Shown here: positions 36,709 to 47,026 of the stretch, one piece after another
Layout: every line of letters starts with the position of its first letter
Numbering within the stretch: the stretch's first letter is position 1
Source: Minutocellus sp. GHC0000111
Taxonomy: Eukaryota
Direction of reading: 5' to 3'
Length of the DNA stretch: 64,000 nt
Assembly (NCBI GenBank): GCA_977018835.1
Contig: OZ361256.1
Coordinates: forward strand, 1,922,001-1,986,000
The notes under the pieces: generated by a model
Databases searched by the model: none
What the model saw: the letters and a program-made list of their open reading frames with translations, nothing else
What the model was told of the DNA's origin: nothing
Position numbers and translations under genes: made by a program

Positions 36709-37619
36709 ATGACCACCAACCCTCCCGCGGCCGCACCTCTGCACAAGCCCACCCCCGAGGAGCTCCAGGAGGCCGTGACCAAAGTCATCTCCGAGGTAGG
36801 TCGTATGCCATGTCATGCGATGTGCTCGTTTGGGCCATTTGAAATGTGGCCGTATCTGATGACCAACGAACAAAATGAATCTGATGGGATGCACAGACGG
36901 AAAAATTCTTGTATTGTGGTTGGTCACAAGAGTTCCGATGGCCATCTGGGTACAATTGCAGTTGATTCTGCTACTACTGCCGAAAAATTTGAGCCAGAGA
37001 TGCTACGTAGAATGACATTGCTGATCGTAGACACTGCGTGCCATGTGTTCAATATTTACATGTCGTATCTTTCTTCTCTAATCTCACCGACCCGCACGCA
37101 CTCTGCCTCCTCATAAAATGCAAATGTGCCAACAATACAAACGAACGAATATTGTGTGCTACGCATACCTTATTGCACACGCAGACCACAAAGTCCGAGG
37201 CAGCACCGGCACCCATCACTGCTCTAGTCAAGACCGTTTCCGCGCAAATATCCAACGACCATCCCGATTGTGAGGTGAACGAACGACGGGTGGCCAAATT
37301 CGTCAAAAAGACCATGACGGACCCCACTGCCGGTGCCTCCGCGGGCACCATCAAGAAGACGACCAAGTTCAAGTTCACCAGCCCCATCGCCAAGCTCAAG
37401 AAGAAGAAGGCCGCCAGGGAGGAATCGCTGGCCTCGGCCATCAAGGGGGCCGCCCCCGCGGCCAAGGAGGCCGTTAGCCCCGTCAAGATGGCGGCCGAGG
37501 ACGTGGTCAAGGAGACCGTCGACGCTGCCAAGGAGACCGTCGAAACGGCCAAGGACGCGTACAAGGAGGAGAAGGAGTCGGATTCCGAACCGTGCTGCAG
37601 CGGATGCGTCATTTGTTGA
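36709..37619 (+). CDS. small probably lipid-anchored protein; join(36709..36795,37185..37619)
   Basis: Phase-0 GTAGGT..GCAG intron; strong codon bias; C-terminal CCSGCVIC (CaaX-like plus upstream Cys). Confidence 0.7.
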
Positions 37620-37974
37620 GAAAGCGAAAGCCGATAAAATGTGACAAGGCGGAAACGCATTCATGCATGTGTTACATGTTTAATTTGATTCGATTCCTTC
37701 GGTGGGTTGCATTGGTTCGGAATTGTTGTTACATACTTTGGGATAACTCGGCGTATGCGACTTGCTGCGATGGGTACGTCCTGCACCCGCTTATTAAAAC
37801 GATCTATAATATTCAAAGGCAACCCACTATCAATTAAATGTAAATAACTTCATAATCTTGATGACTTTTCTACTTACTTGATAGTATTCTGTAGGGATTC
37901 GATTACTTTGAATGTGTTGCAAAGTAAACACTTTTCTACCGCAAACTGCTACACCGCACGTTTGGTGCAATCAT

Positions 37975-39111
37975 CTACTTCATTCGGCGAATCTTGCCAC
38001 CCTTCTTCTTCGAGGCGAGATCCTTGTCCCACTCATCCTTGGCGAACTGATAAAGCTTCATGGTGGCGGTCGCATCGTCAATACTGCAATGTGCCTCACC
38101 GGCGACCTGGATGTCCAAGCTCAAGTGCTGCTTGACCAAATCCCTCAGCTTGCGGGGGCGCATCTTAACACCACCCCGGCCGGATGGTCTCATGAAGGGC
38201 CGGTACTTCGCCGTATCACGAATGTCGTGATTGGGATGGTCCAGCATCAGCGCCGACAGATCGTTCTTCAGGGCGTGGCCGACCAATATCTTGTCCTTGA
38301 GCATCTCCCCCACCTTGTGACGGCACGCGTGCAGTTCCATGGCGGCGTCGTTCTTGGCCTTGATGTCAGCGGCCCTCACACCGGACACGTGGGTGCGGAA
38401 ATCGGTCACACGATCGGGCACCTGAACAAAGGTATCGAGAAGGACCCCGTGATTCCAATCCGTCATGGACACACGAGCCAGCGCACTTTGCTTGCCGCCA
38501 GATCCAATGCCCACCATTTCGCAATCCAAGGCAATGTACTTCTGTTGTTCTTCCTCGGGCACTGGTGGACGAGATTCAATCTCCTGTTGGCGCTTCTGCT
38601 CCTCCTCGTGAGCCTTGATCATGTCATTGATACGGGGGAAGGAACGCTTGGGCTTTTTGCTCTTCTTCTTTTGGGGCTGCTCTTGCTGTTCAGACTCGCC
38701 CTCGTTGTCGCTTCCGGCACCACCATCCTCACTCTGATCCTTTGATGTGGCATTATTTGTACTGTTGCTGTTCGCTGAATCAATCTCCTTTCCATTGGCA
38801 TCGACGAACCGGATGGACGATTCATCTTTGCCCTCGGCCCTGGCCTTCCTTCGGGCATCCTTGCGGAACTTTCGTGCCTCCTTCCCACTCAGTCCCTCGG
38901 GCATCTGCACCGTCGTCACTTTGGCCACACTGGATTCTCGCTTGCGCTTGGCACCTGATGTAGCTGGGGATTGGACATCATCGGCATCAGCACCGTCGTT
39001 TTGGTTTTGGTTGGTGTGTTCATCGTGCTCATTTTCTTCGTGAGGATTCAGGTGCTTCTTCTTGTTGCGGCGCTTGCGCATCTCCGCGCGTTTCTTCTTG
39101 GAGTAGTACAT
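37975..39111 (-). CDS. REXO4: RNA exonuclease 4 (DEDDh)
   Basis: IALDCEMVG, VTDFRTHVSG, LVGHALKND, IRDTA and HCSIDDA motifs. Confidence 0.93.
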   Translation of the reverse strand: MYYSKKKRAEMRKRRNKKKHLNPHEENEHDEHTNQNQNDGADADDVQSPATSGAKRKRESSVAKVTTVQMPEGLSGKEARKFRKDARRKARAEGKDESSIRFVDANGKEIDSANSNSTNNATSKDQSEDGGAGSDNEGESEQQEQPQKKKSKKPKRSFPRINDMIKAHEEEQKRQQEIESRPPVPEEEQQKYIALDCEMVGIGSGGKQSALARVSMTDWNHGVLLDTFVQVPDRVTDFRTHVSGVRAADIKAKNDAAMELHACRHKVGEMLKDKILVGHALKNDLSALMLDHPNHDIRDTAKYRPFMRPSGRGGVKMRPRKLRDLVKQHLSLDIQVAGEAHCSIDDATATMKLYQFAKDEWDKDLASKKKGGKIRRMK

Positions 39112-39547
39112 GCTGCTTTCGGAGATAAGTCAATGCAAGTGAAGGAATAGGATTTGAGGCGAAGCGTTGCGTGTGGTCTTCTGCGGCAGGATCAGTTGTC
39201 GATATGAGTTGTTTTGGTCGATTTCAACAATGTACATGTGCCTGGATTTGAAAGTGACGTGATGATGACGTATTAGAAACACGACCACACCAGACCAAAA
39301 ATCCAAGCTCACTTTTTCTAACTCCGAGGAATAAATGACGGCCAAGATGGAAGTGGGGGCAAGAACCAAGTTATGGTCACCAACTTCTACATATAGTCGA
39401 GAGATATTGTGCACCAGAACCAATAAATGTACATTATGTGATGATTTTTTTTCGACATTTGCATTCCTCACCCCGGGAAAAAATGTACATTTTTTTGGAA
39501 GCACCAAATCAAAATGTAATGAATAGAAATGGACATGCTATGATAAG

Positions 39548-42425
39548 TTATAGCAAATCAATGACTCCATCGTCTTCATCATTTTCATCTATGTCGTCCT
39601 CAATGTCATCATCTTCGCCGGGAGCATCAATTGGCCAGAGTGGTTCACCATCCTCTTCAGCTTCTTCCTCGGCAATTTTTGCGAGACCAGCCTTTTCCCC
39701 GTCTGGTCTCCACAAGATTGTTACCGCCACGACTTCTCTTGATGTTGTTATATATCACTGGAAGTTTTCCAAATACATTGAGAAAGGCCTCTTTTGATGC
39801 GACATTGGCCCATACTTTCATCACAGTCTTGTCAAGAGCATTCGCATCATTCTTCTGACCGCGATGCTCCTTTTCTCGACGGCCGACTGCAAAGACATCC
39901 AGATGCCGAGATCAAGAACATTTGTCTCGGGCGACCGAGGAACCTGCTGGATTATCTCAATCTTATATTTGTTTTTGAGGTCCTCGGTGTACTTCTCAAC
40001 TGCTTCATTGGACCCATGACCGCCGGCATTGTCCATCACAAGATATGTAACATCAGACTCCTGAATATTTTTTGTGGATCCCACTTCACCCAATGATGTG
40101 CGTCTCGAATCGCCTTCCCGACCTCATTCATAGTCTCCAACATCCATTTGGAGTCGCAGCTACAGTCCTTGGTAACCTTATCGCCCCGTTGATGCCGCAC
40201 CCCGAGCTCAAGGTGGTCGTCGATCTCAACCTTCACCTTCTCTCCATTGCTATCAGGAGTGTGTCGCTTGAGACTCGAGATCTTTTGATTGTAGCCAACA
40301 GCGGCATGCTTGCGACTTTTTGCCTGACCGTCGGATTTATAGTCCTCGTATTGAAGTTCCAATCGCTCTGTAACAAACTCAGAAAGGCCGTAGATTTCGG
40401 CAATGTGGTCGCAAAGATGGCCGGCGGTCATGTCAGCACTCTCGTCGTAAATGTCGCGCCAATCTTTGTCATTTTTTAGCGCATCGTTGACCTTAGCATC
40501 TGGAGAGAAATTCTGATTACGCGTAAGCTTTTCCACCTTCTGCTCCCTGGCGACTCTCTTGATCATGATGCGCCCATTGAAATCAACGTCTTTGGTTTCA
40601 TCCTTCATTGGTCGGCCAACAACTCCAAGACACATGACTTTGACAGGGTGTCTTCTGGATCGAATTTTCGGGCTTGCCTCGGAAGCATGGATAGACGCCA
40701 GGTTCGGACTACTTAGTTCTTCGTCAGAAAGTGGCAACATCTTGATCTTTCGTCGCCGAGTAGTAGTGTAAAACCACTTTTCATCAAGATGCGCTACAGG
40801 AATGTTGGGATCGGTCGTGATGTCCTCCCACTTTTCGATCCAATCAAGTCGCTTCCTGCAACATTCGGGGGTGAGCCTCGGCTTCTCGATCGACGACTTC
40901 TCCTTACCGCCTTGCTTTTTCCACCAGCGAAAAAGCTGAAGAAGACGATGGAGACTAATTGTCAGCCTATCTTCATCTGGAGTAGCTGATTTTGCGCTCA
41001 TGCAGTCAGCTAGCTCCTTAAAGGTTGCCATCGCACCCTTCATCCGAGTGGCATGCCGATGCAGCTCGCGGAGACATCCTGGCTCCTTCTCCTCGATCGA
41101 TCATGTCCGTGCATGCCTTCCTTCCACGAACCTCCTTTCTGCCGATGGGATTGCTGATGCCACCAGCAAGGCTTTTGTAGAGCTGGTGTCTCCACTTGTA
41201 AAGCTGAGAACCACCGGTTGACTTGGCATAACCGTGATCGCACGCAACTTGCCGACACGCGGCAGTTGCAATTTGTTGCCGGTCTTCATGCGTGCGAGTT
41301 GGGTCGCCGCATCCCCACCAATCCGCGAGAGCCACGGCGCTGAACCGCACTCTTTCATTCGCCTGCTTTTCTTTTCTGATTGGCATTGGTTCGGTGACGG
41401 TTGCATTGGGACGAGGAGGACGGAGCATGTCATCGTTGGCCATCCGAACAACAAAGTCGAGGCCGAGAGCGACCTTTGCCTGTTCATCAATGTCACTGGA
41501 GGTGGCACAGACAACGGAAGCATCGGCTCCTCCTAAACCTTCATCATTGGGGGAGGCTGCAGCTGCTTCAGTGGCGGAAGTGTCACCAGTTCCCTTCAGC
41601 ATGCTGAGGAGACTTGCTGGCATCCAACCCAGTTTCTTGGCCTCGTCGACTGGTGATTTTGCTCTTGCTTCGCAATGCGCTGACTGTGCCTCCTTTCTGT
41701 GAGCTGACAACCTCTCACCTAGCTTAGCAGCTAAGACAGTCGAGCGCCCAGAGAACAGAACTTCATCGGGATTTCTTTTCTCGTGCACCTTCTGTCCCTC
41801 CGGTCCAGAGAATTTCGGGTGGTTGTCCTCCTTCTTTTTACGCAACCTGTGAGCACAAACACAAAAAGCGCCCTGCGTCTTGTCTTCCCTCTCGGCCGAC
41901 ACGTCGACAAGTGCAACTTCAAACTACAATGCTCCTTGAGATGTTGCTGCACTCCTTCCATTTTTCCTCGTTGTACTGTAGCTCATACTTTCCTCCACCG
42001 ACGGACTTGGAACGCAACAAGTCGGCCTCGATGAAAGCAGGGAGGACGTCTTCCCATTTCTGCCGAGAACCAACACAAATGTCATCTTTGCCGCAGGAAT
42101 CGGGGGTTGCTCTCCACCACAGATCCTTGCCAGCCCTTTGAATGACATCTGCTGCAAGGAGAAAGGCCATGGGGATAGGAGGAGGGGCCGTCCTCTTCTT
42201 CGCCGACGACGGTGACGGTTTGGCGGGGGGGGGGGGGCGAATGAATTTGACCGTGGCCGCTTCTTCGACGTGTTTGCGCTCTCGGCGATGGTGTTTTCGG
42301 CTCAGCTGCCGCCTTTGCCGCCTTCCTGGATGCCTTGGTGTTGCCTCTCTCTTGCTCCCTGAGAACGAAGTTCTGCTGCGTTTGTATTTTTTGGGCGTGG
42401 TCTGGTTGGTCGTCGTCATCGTCAC
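39548..42425 (-). pseudogene. disrupted mariner-family transposase (DD39D), element 2; TIRs not identified
   Basis: AHLDEKWFY, YLVMDNAGGH and QVPRSPETNVLDLGIW motifs with 39 residues between D2 and D3; at least four frameshifts. Confidence 0.88.
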
Positions 42426-42491
42426 AAAATTTGCGGGTTGCGGTGAGAGGGTGTGTGCGGGGGACCAAAAAATACATGTGTTCCTGCCAGA

Positions 42492-42564
42492 ATCTACTGG
42501 ACCTGCGAATTCAGTGGATACTACTGGTCGGTGGCAACCTACTGAATGAGCAGGTCCAGTAGAT
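42492..42564. repeat. inverted repeat / hairpin upstream of transposase 2
   Basis: atctactggacctgc (42492-42506) pairs perfectly with gcaggtccagtagat (42550-42564); inner attcagt/actgaat stem. Confidence 0.85.
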
Positions 42565-42837
42565 ATCCACGAGTTGAGGAGTATTTGCGTTCCTCCCGAA
42601 GAGAATATCGACTAACAAAACACGTGGTGGGAAATGAGAAATGGGTGCAAGAATGACCTTTTTTGGGGTTATTGGTATACCCTCTACAAATCCTCTGAAA
42701 CCGAAAGGTAGGCTACTGTGCGGTTACGGTTGGATGGATGAGCCGAGAGCGAGCAAAGCGCCAAGCGAAGCAGGACGACGGACGGACTGGATTCAAACAG
42801 ATTTATTTTTCCGTTGAGCTCGCGACGATTTCCAAAA

Positions 42838-42937
42838 AATGAGACGAAGACTCTGAAAGTCAGTCAGCGCAGCGTGAGCCGAAGGGTAAGAATGAGACGA
42901 AGACTCTGAAAGTCAGTCAGCGCAGCGTGAGCCGAAG
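42838..42937. repeat. 47-bp direct repeat with 6-bp spacer
   Basis: aatgagacgaagactctgaaagtcagtcagcgcagcgtgagccgaag at 42838-42884 and 42891-42937. Confidence 0.95.
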
Positions 42938-42991
42938 TGTGCCGCACTCGATAGGGATTGCTAGACTGCACTCCTGTAGTGAGCAACCAGA

Positions 42992-44359
42992 ATGCGCATG
43001 CTGGAAACGTCCCCTCGTCGATCATGGGCCAATCTGGTGACTTCAGCGTCCATATTCGCTCTAGTGTTGACCGTGTATGTTCGCAATCAAAATGATCAGA
43101 ATAATCAGCGGGCAATAAATGTTGACGACAAAACTACGAATTTTGGACTGGCGACTGCTGGGACCAAGTCCTCTCCAGGCGCAAATTTACCACATGACGT
43201 TGCTGCATCCGCAGTGCTGCATCCGCAGTGCTGCATCCCCAGTGCTACAGAAAGAATCCAACTAGTCATGCCAATCGTCCCATCCTAATATTCAAATACA
43301 GGCAAGTGCTTGTTACATGTATGGAAGGCATCTACATAGGAGATGTTCTCGACTCAAAATTATCTCTTTTCTTTTCCCTTGTGCGACTTTTGCAGCCGGA
43401 CTGGATCGACGTGGTTAATGTGGACTGGGGCACTGTTGGAGCTCAAAAGCAAGAAGCCGCCGCTATTCAATTGGGAAATGGACACGTGCAACATTGCGTG
43501 TTTCGATGCCGATGGATTCGTCAAATACGCCCAGGAGTACTTTGGCCGACATCAGAATGGCACTTACATCAGAATGGAAAACTATCACGATCCCAACCCC
43601 AAGCGCAATCCAGACCGATTGCCGAGTTTTATGAAGTTTCGTTGCCTGCAGACGGTCAACCCTGACGTGAGAGACGAGGGGGGACCACTCATCGCAACGC
43701 TGCAACCCCACGAGACGCGCGTCAAAAGTCCACCGCTGAGTGACGATCACTGGTGGCAGATATTCGAATCCGTGCCCAATCTTGCAGTAGGGGTGCTGGT
43801 GCGGACCAACTCTGTCAAGCGAGCAACATCCTTCATTGCATCGGAGGCTCAGAGGGATAAATGCGGCACCAAGAAGCTTGATGGGTCCGAGAAATGCATT
43901 AAGAACCTCGACAAAAAGATTCAATTGGACATAGCACAGCTTCGAAAATCTATTGGTGATAGTGAGCTGAAACGGGTTGTCATACCCAATTTTGCCGCGC
44001 GCCTATCAAGCAAGTGCGGCGATGGCAAAATGTTCTGCCTCACGTACGAGGGTTTAGAAAGGAACATTGCGGGTGAAATGAAGGCAATGGGCAAGTTTAT
44101 AGGAGCAGAAGTTGATGAGGCTTCGTTGAAAAGGATCCGCAAGGAGTCAAGAAGCTACAAACGTGGGTCGAACGATCTGGCCGAACACATTGCGAATTAC
44201 GATGAAGTTCGCGAAAGCTTGTCGTCAAACAAGTGTCTGCTGGGGCAGCTGGAAACTCCTCTGGAAGTATCTTCAGAAGCCAAGGTGTTGTTCCCCTCCT
44301 GCAATTTTTACAATTCATCACTGGTACCAAAATACTTGCAAGGCATGTTACATGTATAG
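42992..44359 (+). pseudogene. type II membrane sulfotransferase-like gene, frameshifted by a 14-bp repeat; GC-AG intron 43302..43395
   Basis: N-terminal TM helix; removing one tgctgcatccgcag unit and splicing gives ILIFKYSRTGSTWL (5'-PSB-like); LVRTNSVKRATS (3'-PB-like); LTYEGL. Confidence 0.7.
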
Positions 44360-44614
44360 TGCATGTATATGCAGCGAATGCGTGTACATTTTCAAAGAAG
44401 AGTGTAAAATTAGCCAATCTGCAAAGCCGAATGTTGCGCCAAGCGGAAGTTGGATAACGGAGACCTGATTATAAGTACGTACATGTACATACGTTTTGCA
44501 GATTTTGCCAAAACTGCAAAGCAATCTGCAAGCTGCAAAGCGCCTCTGTGCCAAACTCTAAACTTTCACTTTTCGAAGAGAGGATAAAGAGAAAAGGAAG
44601 GAATAGGAACGAGC

Positions 44615-46908
44615 ATGCCCAGGCGCAGGACCAAACAAAGGCCCGCCTTGGGCGCCGTCAGCGTCAACAATGTGCCTTCTGGTGGCGCTGCCGTCGGCGC
44701 CGGCGTCAGCAAGCAGCTGTCGTCGTCCGATGTCTCATCATCCGTGGAGAAGAAATCCAAATCGTCAACGACTACTTCTGAACCTGTCACCGAGAAGTCG
44801 TCTCCCGCCGCTACTGCCGCCAAACCACCTTCCCAACCATCTCCCTACACTATCATCAGCTGCCTCGAGAACATTGTGCACTGTGCCACGAAGCGTTCGC
44901 CCGGTGGTCGCGGTATCTTGCTCAATGACATTTCCAAGGACTATCGCCAACTGTACGGGCAGGATATGCCGTCGATCCCAAAGACGTTGGTGGATCAAAC
45001 TTCGCTAAGTGCCGTTCTGAGGGAATGTTGCAGCCAGAATGTCACGGTTGTCAACGGACGGGCTGTTTGGGTGGAGGACAAGGAAAATGACGAGGAGGAT
45101 CAGACCAAGGGTGCCAATGTGGAGAGGAAAGTAGCCAATGACAATGTCGCTGTGCCCAATACTGGTAGCAATGATCAGGAGGGAGACGAGGACGACGATG
45201 CCGACGATGAGGATTATGATCCAGTTGAAGACGCATGCGTCGAGGAGGACGACTTGACTTTCGTGACCGCCGATGATTTCATTGACGAGGCTGCTCTATT
45301 TGCTGAGGAAGAGGAAGAAGAAGATGAGGATTTCGATCCCATCAAGGATTCTACGATTCAGAAGGATGATCTCAACCTTAGGGCTGCAGATGGATTCATC
45401 GATGAGGCGATTCTTTTTGCCGAGGAGAAGGACAACGAAGTGAACAACGATGATGATACCGATGATGAAGACTTTGATCCAGTCAAGGATGCTACGATTC
45501 AGAAGGATGATCTCAACCTGAGGGCTGCAGATGGATTCATCGATGAGGCAATTCTCCACGCCGATGAGGGGAAGAAGGGTGATGATAAGCCAGAAACGAT
45601 TATCCCATCGTCTACTGCTGAAGGAAAGCTTAATGACACAGCAACGCAGGTAACACCCGCCCGCGAAGTCCTCCTTAACCGCATTGAAAGTATCGTCATG
45701 TTGGCGACAATTGAGCACGGTGGCATCCTTCTCAAGGACATTGCTCCACAGTATTGTCAAGAATTTGGTGAGGGCATTCCCGTTAAGAAATGTTTCGGTT
45801 CTAGTCAGAATCTTCGCAAGGCGCTGACCAAGTGGTCTCCATGCGTTAGCATCGATGCCAACGGCAGGGCATCTTGGGTCGAGGAAGACCCCAAGCCAGC
45901 CACAATTGAGGAGAAGCAGGCCGCTAACAACATCGACCAAGACTCCGATGAAGATGATGAGGATTACGACCCTGCTACTGATTCTTCGGCCACGAGTGCC
46001 GATATGGATCTGCACAATCCCGATGGCTTCTTTGATGTCAGTACAAAGGCCATCAACAAAGAGGTAAAAGCTTTGGCCGATGGCACTCCTCCACAAGTAC
46101 CCAGGGACGTACTTCTAAACCGCATCAAATGTATTGTCGAAGAAGCCACCGCAGCTACTCCTACCGGCATCAACATGGCGAATATTGTCCCAGCGTACAC
46201 AAGTAAGTACGGCGACAAGCTATCGGCGAATGATTCTTTCGGGATCAAGCTCAAAGATGTATTGATCCAATTCTTTCCCAAAGTTACAATTGTTGGCACA
46301 AATGCAGTGTGGGTCGAGCCTGATGGATACAACTCCGAGGAGGATGAGGATTTTGACCCCAACGCTGACTCGACTGTTGAGAATGGTGACATGGACCTGA
46401 TCGTAGCCGATGGTGTCGTTGTTGATGAATCGGAGCTTGTACTACAACGTATTGAGTCCATCGTCGAAGATGCCGGCCCGAACGGTATTCAAATCCCGCA
46501 AATTCGTGCAAAATATGAAAAATGCACGGTCCTCTCTCTTGTTCGCGGCTCCTTGGTGGCGAGTCGCTCAAGTGGGCTATTATACTGAAGTGCTCTCAAA
46601 CTATTGAGGTAACACGTACCATGCCCCAAAAAGCCATTTGGCGCGCCGCTGCTTGCGCTGCGATTGCCGAAGAGAGTGTGAAGAAAGAACCTGCTTTGTC
46701 AAATGTCGAAGAGTCGATGGTAGAGGAGAACGCGACTGGCGAGGTTGTGGAGGAAATGCTATCGTCTGCTGAGGATTCGGCAGAAATAAGAGAGGAACCC
46801 AAACAATTGATTGAGAATCCCTACTCGGATCACAAGGAAGATGAAGAGCCCGAGCCTGTCTGCGCAATGGGCATCCTCATGTACCTAGGAAAATGTATTT
46901 TTGGATAA
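44615..46908 (+). CDS. acidic protein with four LOTUS/OST-HTH-like repeats and DEDY/FDP repeats; 1-bp frameshift in an A-run near 46520
   Basis: GILLNDISKDYRQLYG, GILLKDIAPQYCQEFG, GINMANIVPAYTSKYG and GIQIPQIRAKYEK(M)HG repeats. Confidence 0.65.
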
Positions 46909-47026
46909 GCGTTGTGACAATTGCAAAAGAGAAACTACACGGCCAGGAATTCCTACTACGTAGTAGCGAAGGATACAAGACTAAGGAATTACATTATGAA
47001 GTAAACTGAATTGAAGTACAAGAATT

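Noticed and set aside
39390..42690. TIRs for mariner element 2 (tagtcga../..tcgacta; accaataa/ttattggt)
   Set aside because: Only short, non-collinear matches; element ends cannot be defined
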